Shown piece after piece: positions 13,590-26,419 of a stretch of 64,000 nucleotides of DNA (position 1 is the stretch's first letter; each line of letters opens with the position of its first letter). The notes beneath the pieces are model-generated. The model worked only from the letters and a program-made list of their open reading frames with translations. It ran no database searches and was not told the origin of the DNA. Source of the DNA: Eledone cirrhosa (Eukaryota); contig OZ024744.1 in NCBI GenBank assembly GCA_964016885.1, forward strand, positions 90,768,001-90,832,000. The letters are read 5' to 3'. Both the position numbers and the translations under genes were made by a program.

Positions 13590-14610
13590 ATTATCTTCAA
13601 GAACTCCAGCTAGGAGATTCTCTAGCCCTTTTTCTCTTTATAATTGTTTGAACTACATCCTACATATTTCAAAAGATTTAATGCTTAAGCCAGAAGAAGC
13701 AGAATATATCCTGGTGATTTTGTCATCAATCTAAACTTTGTTGATGATTTGGCTCTTCCATCAAACTCAATAATTAATGCTCAATCATTTCTTCATATGC
13801 TGGAATCAGTTGTTGCTCATGTTGGACTCTACTGCAATGATTCAAGAACTGAGTTTATCTCAACAGAATCTAATGTTAGCATAGTCACAGTTAACAGGAA
13901 ACACTTAAAGCAAGTAGAAGACTTTAATTACTTTAGTTCTTTTATAATAAATTCACAAAAGGACTTCCAAATACATAGAATCCTAGTTTGGAATCTTAAC
14001 CTTTCACCTATACCTACAGCCACAATAATTACACACACACACACACATTAAAATTCATCTTAACAGATAACACATACAAACATACAGAGAAAATCACCTT
14101 AACATAATAGACAACACATACAGACACACAAACAACGAGAACCAATACAAGGTAATGTGTGTGTGTGTGTGTGTGGGGGGGGGTTAAAATTTGGAAATCC
14201 TATATACCAAACAAACTTAACTCAGCTTGTTAAAAACAACAGTAGAGTCTATCCTTTTCTATAGTTCTGAGACATTGACCTAACACTCCCATCTGCAGAG
14301 CTGTTTAGATGGATATTACACTACCCTTTTGAGAAATGTTCAAAATATTCCTTAACAGACCCATCCCATGCTTAATCAGATATACCAAAAAATCCCAAAA
14401 GTAAGTGGTGCCTGACTAATTGTAGGTCATACAAGTTTTGCTGGTCATAGCTTTCATGCAAAAAATGAGATGGTTTCAGGCCTCTTGCTGTGGGACACCA
14501 AAGCCAGAGACACAGGAATTGATGAGGAATACCTACAAACCTTGATGGGAAACAGGGACCGTTGGCGTGAAGTTGTGCATGCTGCCTTCTCTATGGGTAC
14601 TGAATAGATA
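13590..14610 (+). mobile_element. Old degraded RTE-like LINE (second family), interrupted by CA/GT microsatellites
   Basis: GD.LA.FLFII-like motif near 13615, LKQVEDFNYFSS near 13905 and FAGH near 14437. Confidence 0.55.
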
Positions 14611-14689
14611 GATATATTTCTTTATTTGTCACAAGGGCGCACAAGAAAAGGGGACAAAACAAAGACACATCCCGGGGATTTTAAGCCTG

Positions 14690-14954
14690 TCTGAAGCCAG
14701 GGGGCTTATTGGGCTGATGCTTATCCCAGTTTCATGACATGAAGCGACTGAGAGTACAAGACTTATCCCTGGACAGGACACCAGTCCATCGCAGGGTTAA
14801 GCTCCCAGCTATTGCTGGTACTCATTTTCAGCTGAGTATACTAGAGCAACGTGAAATGAAGTGTTTTGCTCAAGAACACAACACACAACCCAGTCCAGGA
14901 ATTGAACCCACAATATTATGTCCAGCACCCTTACCACTAGACCGCATGCCTCCA
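14690..14954 (-). mobile_element. tRNA-derived CORE-type SINE (family B)
   Basis: Reverse strand has B-box GGGTTCAATTCC and CORE-like TTGAGCAAAACACTTCATTTCAC. Related copies at about 50600-50745, 54170-54430 and 54436-54560. Confidence 0.75.
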
Positions 14955-15016
14955 TAGTTAGATAGCATATAATGGTAAACTAGATGGGACAAACAGTTTG
15001 TTTTATTTTTAATCCA

Positions 15017-15645
15017 TGTACAGGCGTACAGCAGTATGTATATATATATACATACATGCACACATATATAGATGCGCGCATGGATTCACCGAACATTTAC
15101 TATAATGCTAGGTCTGTTTGTAAACAAACATCCCGTATTAAACCGTAGTGTCTAGCAACCACCGTTGCTCGTTTGTTCAACGTCGGTATACATATATGTA
15201 TGTACGTGTACATACTTATATTTAAGTAACAGCCGTACTAGGAGTGGGAAATGAAATATCGTTTCATTTTTTCCGTTTATCGTTTTCGGTGCACCCGGCC
15301 GGTTAACCCACTCGATATGCAAATTGGGCTACTCAGCCGTTAATATGCATAAGGTAAGTATATACGTTCAACAATCTGGCAGGAAGGTATACGTTGCTGA
15401 CGATAGCTAATAAGCTTGAAACTAGTACAGCGTTCCTTTGTCAGTGTTGAACAAACGAGCAACGGTGGTTGCTAGACACTACGGCTTAATACGGGATGTT
15501 TGTTTACAAACACACCGAGCATTATAGTAAATGTTCGGTGAATCCATGCGTGCATGTATATATGTGTGCATGTATGTATATATATATATATACATACTGC
15601 TGTACGTCTGTATACATATATGTATGTACGTGTACATACTTATAT
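15017..15645 (+). mobile_element. Non-coding 424-bp hammerhead-containing unit (retrozyme-like) with terminal redundancy and a 5' inverted segment
   Basis: 15181-15221 is repeated at 15605-15645 (period 424). 15017-15181 is the reverse complement of about 15446-15612. HHR at 15392-15432. No substantial ORF. Confidence 0.65.
15366..15452 (+). ncRNA. Type I hammerhead ribozyme
   Basis: ACGTTG-CTGACGA-T-AGC-TAATAA-GCT-T-GAAACTAGTA-CAGCGT. Stem III is palindromic (ACTAGT) with a GUA triplet. Stem I extends via CTGGCAG/TTGTCAG and GTTCAACA/TGTTGAAC. Confidence 0.75.
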
Positions 15646-15798
15646 ATATATATATATATTCTCATTAAAAACCCATTATATACTTGTTTAGCAGTAAATT
15701 ATTTTACCATCTGTCATATTCTATCCCCTCTGTTCCTTCCTCTTTTACTAATATAAATACTTCAATTTTTCTGATTTTATCCAGTTTATCCAAAATCT

Positions 15799-15907
15799 CT
15801 GAAGAAGTGACAACTGATTATACATTTGCTATCGAATACTTGCTAACATTATATGATTACGCAAGCAGCGATACATAGGTATTCGGTCTGTTACAGAAAC
15901 ATATGTC
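15799..15907 (+). ncRNA. Atypical hammerhead-like motif in the Naiad pLTR (copy at 18905-19013)
   Basis: CTGAAGA, then an about 90-nt stem II closed by GTGACA/TGTTAC, then GAAACATATGTC with palindromic stem III and GUC. Stem I pairs poorly. Confidence 0.5.
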
Positions 15908-16121
15908 AATACCTAATAAATTCCTTTTTTAACAAAAGCACTTTCATTTTATATTCATCCTTTCTACATTTCTCCGGAATATAATTTATACTCGTTGAGC
16001 AAACCTGCACGTACACTGTTCATCTCTAACGTAACGATATATTATCACTACATTATTGATAACCTGAAATTTTATTAATCTCCTATACAGTTGAGCAACT
16101 AATTCAGCATACGCTTCTAAA

Positions 16122-18444
16122 ATGGAAAGGCACCAATTGGATATGTCGTTAAAAAACATACCTATTCAGGCAAAAAGGGAATATATTCTAGGTATGATAC
16201 GAAGGACCAATGATTTTATTCGACGAATCAGATGGAAAACATTCCATTTTGACAAAAGCCGTATAAACCAAACATCGGATCTTAACAAGGATAAATTTGG
16301 ATTTAAATCTTACAAGAACCCACCCTCAAACCCACTTTTGGATGCATTTGAACAAGACCTAATGGATACGATCATGGAGATCAAATTTACAAAACGTAAG
16401 AACAATAAACTACAGAATGACATCACGGCACTGCTCAATAATCTAAAAAACGCCAATGGAGTTATTGTTAGAGCGAGCAGACAAAACATCAAACGTATAT
16501 ACCATGGATGTGGACACTTACAATAACTTCATCCGTAAGGAATTGCATAAAAAATACAGAAAAACTAATGAAGCCACACTTAAAAACATCAACAACTCGG
16601 CATGTGATATTGTTAAAAAACTTTGTATTGACGATAGAACGCAACCCTTAACACCAGCTATACCATCCTTCAACCTGAAGGACCACAAGGTAAACTTCGA
16701 TACTAACCCTAATATTAGACTTATATGCCCCTCTAAATCTGATATAGGTAAAATTAGCAAATATATACTAGACAGAATTATCCCCCAAGTTAAGGTTAAA
16801 GTAGAGATTAAACTATGGGGTAACACTCATGAAGCAATAAGATGGTTTAACAACATTACTGATAAGAAAAAATCAAAATTTATTCAGTTTGATATTGATG
16901 AATATTATTCCTCAATTTCACCTGATACTCTACATGAAGCTCTTTCGTTCGCTAAGGATAATTCCGACCTTACAGATGCTGAAATTAAAATTATTATGGA
17001 AGCGAGAAAAACTATAGTTAAATTCGATAATAGCTACTGGGTTCGCAAAGATAGACCTTCTAATTTTGATATCACTATGGGTTCTAATGATTCGGCGGAA
17101 GTAACAGATCTTGTGGGAATTTATATCACCCACAGATTACAAGGAAAATTCAAGGATCTCCACGGTGGAATTTACCGTGACGATGCGCTCCTATTAGTTA
17201 AGAATATGAATAATCAGAATTTAGAAAGGATGCGTAAAAATATCAGAAAACTTTTTAAAGAACTAGGATTAAATATTACATTTGAATATAACCTCAAAGA
17301 GGTCAATTTCCTTGATGTTACTTTCAATCTCAATACAGATACGATTAAACCGTTCCATAAACTAAATGAGAACCTTAAATATGTAAATACGAGTTCTAAC
17401 CATCCACTCTCTATAATTAAATCCATCCCTAGAAATGTTTCTCTTAGAATCTCCCGCCTATCGTCCAACCAACAAACCTTCAAAGAACATGCCGAGTATT
17501 ATGATGATGCACTTAGGAAAGCCGGTCACCTAGATAATATAGAGTATATAGTCAATGATCACCAAAACACCCAAAATAAATCACATAGGAGTAGAAATAG
17601 CACAGAATCACCACCATACATACACTACCGCAATAGACACAATAATAGTCGCACACCACCAAACAGAAGGCGATGTAAGGAGTATATCTGGTACAACCCG
17701 GTCTATAACAAATCTATTAAAACCAATCTACCCTCAAAATTCTTTCGATTAGTTAGAAAACACTTTCCAACATCACATAAATATAATAAAATCTTAAACC
17801 CTAACACCATCCGACTTTCATATTCAACCGCCCCTAATATTGAACAACATATAAAAATGCTTAACGCAAAACGGTTGTATAAACGCCTTCCAACACATAA
17901 CAATACACGTAAAACATTAGCTATAACATCACAAAACAACAAACAACATCCTGTCCTACATAAGCAACCTCATCAACCCATCCATGGCAATACAACAACG
18001 CAAAATTGTAATTGCAACTGTGTCCAACCAGGAATGTGTCCGTTGAACAATCAGTGTCTTGAACGCAACATCGTATACAAATGTACTATCGAATCGGATA
18101 GACAGAAGTGGTACTATGTGGGATCTACAGCCACCTCCTTTAAATCACGCCTTTATAGACATCGTTATTCGATAAAACATGAAAACCAGCGTTATGTAAC
18201 AACACTCGCAGACAAGGCTTGGCAGCTGCGTGAAAATAACCAACAATTTCACCTAAAATGGGATATAATAGCGTCTGCCCCCCCATATTCCAATGGACAG
18301 GAATTTTGTAAATTATGTAATGTAGAATTATTTTGTATTATGAAATCCAAAAACATTTTATTAAATAACAGAATAGAGCGATCGTTATACTGTAACCATC
18401 GCTTAAAATCTACATTTTCATATTATAAATACTACCAGGATTGA
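16122..18444 (+). pseudogene. PLE RT + C-terminal GIY-YIG endonuclease (about 772 aa once one frameshift is repaired)
   Basis: Motifs ADKT, FDIDEYYSSI, FDITMGSNDSAEVTDLVG, GIYRDDAL, FLDVTFNL, CNCNC-x5-CP-x4-C, IVYKC...YYVGST...RLYRHR and CKLC. The frameshift is explained by a GAGC duplication at 16471-16478. Confidence 0.9.
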
Positions 18445-19173
18445 ACGCCTGTCTCTATCCCCGTTTGATTGTCAAAATAGATATGAACATTCTTTATTAG
18501 TCTTAATTCTATCAACTCTTCTATTATTTACCTTTTAATACAAACTGCTATAGATAAAATGAGATTTCTGATTTCTTGATTCAATTCCCTAGTGCAAATA
18601 CCAGCTGACTACTAGCATTGATGTTATTTAGTAGCAATCGAAATCTCCCCCTTCCCCAATTGACACTTTATGCACCAAATGACCAGCCCTGTCCACTGTC
18701 CAGTTGGTCAAGTAGAGATTAAAATCGGCACTCCCAAAATTCTTATTTAGATTTACTCATGGTATTCTCATTAAAAACCCATTATATACTTGTTTAGCAG
18801 TAAATTATTTTACCATCTGTCATATTCTATCCCCTCTGTTCCTTCCTCTTTTACTAATATAAATACTTCAATTTTTCTGATTTTATCCAGTTTATCCAAA
18901 ATCTCTGAAGAAGTGACAACTGATTATACATTTGCTATCGAATACTTGCTAACATTATATGATTACGCAAGCAGCGATACATAGGTATTCGGTCTGTTAC
19001 AGAAACATATGTCAATACCTAATAAATTCCTTTTTTAACAAAAGCACTTTCATTTTATATTCATCCTTTCTACATTTCTCCGGAATATAATTTATACTCG
19101 TTGAGCAAACCTGCACGTACGCTGTTCATCTCTAACGTAACGATATATTATCACTACATTATTGATAACCTGA

Positions 19174-19225
<52 letters not shown>

Positions 19226-19300
19226 TCTCACCCCCTTTTTGCTATATGTCTCTCCACCACTCCCCTACACACCCTTGTAACTCTCTTCCCACACACTTTT

Positions 19301-19334
19301 CACCTGAAGAAGGGCTTATGCCCGAAACGTCGTT
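19301..19334 (+). ncRNA. Minimal hammerhead ribozyme in the Neptune pLTR (copy at 24122-24155)
   Basis: CTGAAGA-A-GGGC-TTAT-GCCC-GAAACGTC, the typical minimal PLE HHR with palindromic ACGT stem III. Confidence 0.8.
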
Positions 19335-19847
19335 CCCACCACCACCACACTCTCAAGAGCGTGAAACTAATAAACCTTTGTTCGTACTGCCTCTCGGTTT
19401 TGTTCCTGTTCAATTTTTCACTATACAATACACGCTCCCACGGCTTCCATACCTTTGGAATATAACCTAACTACCGGCTCAACCCCGATCTAATCCGCCG
19501 TGACCACTCTCTGAACTTTCCACACACCTTCCCACACTTGTTTTTTCCTTCCACGCATTACCTTTGTTTGATTTATTTACTGTACTTGTTTATTTCTGTA
19601 TATGATTTTTTGCCTGTGTTTTTACGATTTTATTTCTTTCTATGATTTTTTGTCCACGATTGCCTGTGTTTTTACGTTTATGATTTTTTGTCTTTGATTT
19701 TCCTGTGTATACTCTTCCCTCCTTACGTTTTTTCTGTTTCATTTTCCCTTCCCCGTCTCTGCCTATCCTTCGCACTCACTCCTTCGTTCACCACCACCCC
19801 ACTTCACACACCAGCTTTCTCATCCCTGTTTTCACCCAACGCCCACC

Positions 19848-22630
19848 ATGCCCAGCCTGAGATCCTTTCTCCACCAACTACACACTAGCCTCAAACTTTT
19901 CCTCACCCCCCTCCTCCCACCCTGCTATCTCCCCTCTGCCCTTCAACTCTCCTACCTTCTCTTCGCCAAAACCCGGCACTCCAGCCACATCAATTTCCTC
20001 AGCCACTGCCTCCGCCTCCACCTTATCCTCCTCGGCTTCTGTCTACACTTCCACCCTACCCCCCGCTTCCCCCTCCACCCAACGTATCCTCACCCGATCC
20101 TCACGCCTCCTAATGCGCAGCTCCATCCGCGCCTCTCGCTCCACCCTCCGCAAACTTGACCACCAACTGACCCCCACACTCCTCCGCCTTAACTCCACCA
20201 GCCACACCCTCCTCGCCCACGCCATCCTCCTCTTCATCCAAAACCTCAACCACGACCTCTTCTCCTTCTTCACCTCCACCAAAGCACGCAAGCTACACTC
20301 ACTCCTCCCAACCACCCCCATCCACCACCACCCGTCTATCCCTATGAGCCCCCCACACCCATCTCCACCACTTTCCACCCCTCCCTCGACCCACACCCCT
20401 ACCCAATCTCCCCCTCCACCCCCTCACACACCCAAACCCCACCACTTGTTGTCACCATACCCCCTGACCTCCCCCTCTCCGCACCTGAGTGCTCACTCCT
20501 TAGTAGAGGCCTTCGCTTCATACCCCACACTCCGCACAGCGACGAGTTCCGCACCCGAACGGAAGTCGAGCGATTCCTGCGACGCACGAAGCTACAGGCA
20601 CATTTCGGCCGAACGCCACCGGCTCCGAACGCCCCAGACCCGTTTCTCGCCCTGGGCCGACGACCATCTTCTTGGACGCCGGCCCCAGGGCAATTTAGCA
20701 CCCTGGACGCGTTCGTCGATGCCAGCCGTAACGCCGTAAATCGTTTCGACTTCCGCCACCGTTCCAAACGGAATAACATCACACGGGGCGAACTCCTCGC
20801 TCTCCGCTCCCTCCGTAGCCGAGATGACATCGTCATCAAACCGGCGGACAAGGGAGGCGCCGTGGTGGTGTGGCGCGCGGACCTCTACACGGCCGAAGCT
20901 CTCAGGCAACGCCGTAACCCGCTCTTCTACCGCCCTCTACCCTCCGATCCCACACCCCTCTACCAACAACAAGTTTCCTCCACCATCCAACACCTTGCCC
21001 CCCCCCCCCCCACTGCTTCCCACCTCATCGTCCGCACCCCACCGCCGCACCCCCACCATCTACTTTCTCTCCAAACTCCACAAACCCGACAACCCCGGCC
21101 GCCCCATCGTCTCCGCTTGCAACTGCCCCACCGAACTCATCTCCGCCTTTCTCGACTCCATCCTCGCCCCCCTTGTCACCACCCTCCCCTCCCACATCTC
21201 CGACACCAACCACGCCCTGCGCCTTTTCGACTCCTTCACCTACCCACCCGGCCCACAGCCCTTCCTCTTCACCCTAGACATCAAGTCCCTCTATACCGTC
21301 ATCCCCCACGCCGACGGCCTACGCGCCCTCAAACACTACCTCGACCTTCACCCCTCTCCCCTCCCCTCCACCCCCACCCTCCTTCGCCTCGCCGAGCTGG
21401 TCCTCACCCTCAACTGTTTCTCCTTCTCGGGTGAGTTTTACCAACAGGTCACGGGCGTAGCCATGGGTACAAGAATGGGCCCAAACTATGCCAACCTTTT
21501 TGTTGGCCATGTTGAGGCCCAAATCTTTGCCCAGTACACCGGCCCCACGCCCGAACTGTACGGTCGTTACATCGACGACTGTATCGGAGCCACGACCCTC
21601 ACCCGAGAACAGCTCGACTCCTTTCTCTCCTTCTTCTGCTCCTTCCACTCCTCCCTCCACTTCACCACCTCTATCTCCACCACCCACGTCCACTTCTTAG
21701 ACATCTCCGTCGCCTTCGACCCCTCCCACCACTCCCTCGTCACCTCCGCCTTCTTCAAACCCACCGACTCCCACTCCTACCTCGACTTCACCTCTTCCCA
21801 CCCCACACACACTAAACACTCTATTCCCTACTCCCAACTCCTCAGGATCCGCCGCCTCTGTAGACGAGATGCTGACTTTGAGTCCCAGGCCCTTTCCCTA
21901 GTCAACTATTTCATCCGCAGAGGTTACCCCCACCCCCTCTCGTCCACACCGCTCTCACCCGCGCCCGTGCTGTCCACCGCTCCACCACCTTCACCCCACG
22001 CCACCGCACACCCACCCACCGTCTCCCCCTCCCCATCACCTACCACCCCTCCACATACCCCTCCACCGCACCATCCTCCGCCTCTTCCGACGCCTCCAGT
22101 CTGACCCCTCCACCTCCCACATCTTCCCACCCCACCACTCCCCTCCTTCAAACGCGCACGCAATCTCCGCACCCTCCTCGTTCACAACTCCCTACCCCCC
22201 AGACCCCCCCCGTTCCTTTCCCTGTTCTAGGCCCCGCTGCAACACCTTTCCCCACATCACCAACACCACCACCTTCCAGGGTCCCAACGGCCACTCTCTC
22301 TCTCTGTCCGGCATGCCTTCTGCTGCACCTCCTCCAACCTAGTCTACGGACTTCGCTGCACAGAGTGCAGCGCGACTTACGTCGGACAGACTGGACGTCG
22401 CCTGGCGGACAGGTTTACTGAGCACCTCTGGGATATTCGTCTCACTGGTAGTTCCCCCATCGCCCGCCACTTTGGTACCCCTGGACATTCCGCACACCAC
22501 CTCACAGTCTGTGGCCTACTCCAATGCCACGGAACACCCGCCACTCTCCTAAGAGTCGAACAACGAACCATCTTCACCCTACAGACCCACACTCCCCCCC
22601 CCCCGGCCTGAACTCCCCACCCTTATTCCT
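19848..22630 (+). pseudogene. Neptune-type PLE RT-GIY-YIG polyprotein with several frameshifts in C-runs
   Basis: IVIKPADKGGAVVVW, KLHKPDNPGRPIVS, LDIKSLYTVIPH, GVAMGTRMGPNYANLFVG, YGRYIDDC and FLDI. GIY-YIG read manually from 22321: SSNLVYGLRCTECSATYVGQTGRRLADRFTEH. Confidence 0.9.
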
Positions 22631-24239
22631 TTAGCCTTCGACCGCCCCCTCCCCCCACACATATCCCCACTAACACCACTAACACACCCCTCCTTTTCAC
22701 CGCCCACCCCACAACTAACAATACTAACACCTCCATCCCACATCCGACCACCCTTCCCCAACTAACATACTAACATCCCTCCCTTCTTCTCCTCCCCCCT
22801 CCTTATCACACGCACACACCAACCGGTACATATATACACGCGCTCATACTAAACACACACCCTACTACCACCACTAACCCTCACCCCCACACATCCACCA
22901 CCCCGCAACTAACATCACTAACACCGCCTGACCCCAAGCACACGAACACACACACCCACTTACACCACCCACTCTACACGCAACTAACATCACTAACACC
23001 CCCCAACCCTACGCACACGAACACACACACCCTCTTACACCACCCACTCTACACACCCTACCACCACTGACCCCCACTCACACCCGCATTCAACCCTTTC
23101 TCCACCTCCAGTATACTAACACCCACTAACACCCCCTTCACCACACACACACTCATCCAAACACGCACACACACACCAGTACACTACACCCCCTCCATCG
23201 TCCCCCACACCCTTCTCTCCCCGCTCCACCCACACCCTTTCTCAAACACACACACATCCCACTAACACCTCTACTAATACACCCCCCTCCTCACTCCAAC
23301 TTTCACACCTACCCATCCTCTCCCCTGTCCACCGCACCTTCGCACACACTGACACACCGACTTTCTTCACTTACCATTCTACCCTACTGCTGCTATGCCT
23401 CTCTGACCACCTCCCCGCACACACAGACACACAACCCTCCTCCTGCCTTGACCCTCTGACCACTTCCTGTTGCGCGCGCACCCCACATCTCCCCTCTTCC
23501 GACCAATCTCTTCACGGATTACACATATGTGAACCTTGATCCTGACAATCTACCGCATCCCAAGGATTTTACTCAGCATTCCACCACATCCTTTTACGAA
23601 ATTACCTTTATGACGCACCCCCGGACATACACGCAAAAAAGTTTTTTTCCCACACGCCACCTACATCCACAACACGCATAAACACCACACACACACGTGC
23701 GTACCACCACATATTTACACATTCAGCCTCCGGAATCCTCTCCCCCACCCCTCTATCCACACACGCACACACACTCCGACCTACACCCCACCCCACACAC
23801 CTCTTCCTGAACATGCAACCCCGTTCTTCCCCCAACCCTTGCTTTCACATACACACACACACACACACACGTACACCTACACACACACCCCACCTTCAGC
23901 CCTCGCCGCTCGGACACCCCGCCTCCCACTCCCCACTCCACCCGCCGCCACCCCTACACGCCCCACATCCTTCCACCACCTGTTTTACTCCATTTTAATT
24001 TTATTTTGATCATGCCTTTATTTTTAATTTCATTTGCACCGTTTCCTCTCACCCCCTTTTTTCTATATGTCTCTCGACCACTCCCCTACACACCCTTGGA
24101 ACTCTCTTCCCACACACTTTTCACCTGAAGAAGGGCTTATGCCCGAAACGTCGTTCCCCACCACCATCCCACTCTCAAGAGCGTGAAACTAATAAACCTT
24201 TGTTCGTACTGCCTCTCTGTTTTGGTCCCGTTCAATTTT

Positions 24240-24804
<565 letters not shown>

Positions 24805-24809
24805 TATAT

Positions 24810-25120
24810 CATCATCATCATCATTTAACATCCATCTTCCACACTAGCATGGATTAGACGCGTTTGTCCCATTTGAGGTAAGTTGGGTCAGGCGACTGTG
24901 TCTTACTCATATAGAACTGTTTCTGGCTAGATTACTACGGCTGGATACCCTTCCTAATGTCAACCACTTTATAGTTTGTGTAGGGTGCTTTTTGTCATGA
25001 CACCTACACGACCACATTACAGTGTGGGCTGCGTGCTTGGTTTCTACAGCTGGATGCCCTTCCTAACGCCAACGTCATTTACAGTGAGTACTAGGTACTT
25101 TTTGTTGTGATACCTACACG
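24810..25120 (-). mobile_element. RTE-3'-tail SINE fragment with (GAT)n tail
   Basis: Homologous to the RTE 3' end at 33720-33940. Similar pieces at 26420-26700, 30550-31015, 48150-48250 and 49360-49735. Confidence 0.75.
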
Positions 25121-25125
25121 ATGTA

Positions 25126-25201
<76 letters not shown>

Positions 25202-25291
25202 TATATATATACATACATGTGTGCGTATATATATATATATATATATATACGTACAAATATATGTATACATATATATCTATATATATATATT

Positions 25292-25414
25292 TATTAAAAT
25301 AACAGATTAAAGTTTGAGCAAAGAATCGGTGCTTTCACCCTCAACGGGATCTTCTGAAACTAACTAAAAGAAATCAATCTGTGAACGCAGACGTAAATAT
25401 TTCGAAAAACGTTG

Positions 25415-25416
<2 letters not shown>
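25292..25416 (-). mobile_element. Short PLE-terminus-like fragment with a degenerate HHR, between (TA)n tracts
   Basis: Minus strand 25324-25360 reads CAGAAGA-T-CCC-GTTGA-GGG-T-GAAAGC, with one core change. Confidence 0.4.
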
Positions 25417-25448
<32 letters not shown>

Positions 25449-25478
25449 GCACACAGATATACACACACACACATATAT

Positions 25479-25524
<46 letters not shown>

Positions 25525-25528
<4 letters not shown>

Positions 25529-25779
25529 GGAAAAAATGAAACGAAATTTCATTTCCCACTCTTAGTACGGCTGTTACTTAAATATAAGTATGTACACGTA
25601 CATACATATATGTATACAGACGTACAGTAGTATGTATATATATATACATACATGCGCACATATATATATGTACGTATGGATTCACCGAACATTTATTATA
25701 ATGCTCGGTGTGTTTGTAAACAAACATCCCGTATTAAGCCGTAGTGTCTAGCAACCGTCGCTGCTCGTTTTTGTTCAAA
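25525..25779 (-). mobile_element. Second, permuted partial copy of the 424-bp HHR unit
   Basis: The reverse complement equals 15447-15645 continuing into 15221-15279, so it crosses the unit junction. Ends in (TA)n. Confidence 0.8.
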
Positions 25780-25784
25780 GCAAG

Positions 25785-26374
25785 TCGGCCTGTGTGTGTG
25801 TCTGTCTGTGTACAAATACTAGGCTCCTTTTAACTTTAGAAGTACTAGGCCGATTTCAACCAAATTTGACACACGTATAGCTTACATGCCAGAGCAGGTT
25901 TTGGACAAGAACAAATTTGAAAATCGATATTGGGGCCGAAAAATCGATTTTGTGTGTGTAGCTGTCTGTGTACAAATACTAGGCTCCTTTTAACTTTTGA
26001 AATACTAGGCTGATTAGCTTCAAGGAATGATATTTCTATGTCCAGTGGATGGTCAACGTGGTAGTGGCAGCGCCATCTTACGCATAGGGTTTAGTCTACT
26101 GAAGGACATACGGTGCGTCTATTCCATCTTTATCCCCTTACTCATACCTACTACAGCAAGGCCGGACCTGAAATGATTCACGTCAATTAACTCAAGCTAC
26201 CCCATGAATTGTTTCTATTTTGCCGTTTATTTCACTCAATCATGTCACTGGACACCCATTTTGTTAAACTCTTTTTTACAATTACATTTCAATTCTTTGC
26301 TCAACCTTTGGCTCTCTTTATACGTACAAACAGGCTGTCATTCATTTCCCGAGCAACGCCGGGTACATCTGCTA

Positions 26375-26375
<1 letters not shown>
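25785..26375 (+). mobile_element. Non-autonomous Helitron
   Basis: 3' hairpin CCCGAGCAACGCCGGG is followed shortly by CTAG|T. The 5' part has TGTCTGTCTG...CCGATTTCAACCAAATTTG, typical of invertebrate non-autonomous Helitrons. Internal about 55-bp duplication (25800/25960). The 5' end is uncertain. Confidence 0.7.
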
Positions 26376-26408
<33 letters not shown>

Positions 26409-26419
26409 CCACACACGCA

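Larger units (their letters stand above)
15657..19181 (+). mobile_element. Penelope-like element, Naiad-type, full-length with direct pLTRs (15657-16075 and 18763-19181)
   Basis: 419-bp near-identical direct repeats flank an RT + GIY-YIG ORF, with TA repeats on both sides. Confidence 0.9.
19223..24247 (+). mobile_element. Penelope-like element, Neptune-type, with direct pLTRs (19223-19425 and 24044-24247)
   Basis: About 200-bp direct repeats each carry an HHR. Internal RT and GIY-YIG; (TA)n on both sides. Confidence 0.9.

Noticed and set aside
16456-16526. Programmed frameshift between two Naiad ORFs
   Set aside because: More simply explained by a GAGC tandem duplication splitting the conserved ADK motif; PLEs normally have one ORF.
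18004-18760. Selenocysteine/SECIS as reported for some Naiad elements
   Set aside because: The linker and CKLC cysteines are TGT/TGC codons with no in-frame TGA, and I could not see a convincing SECIS in the 3' UTR.
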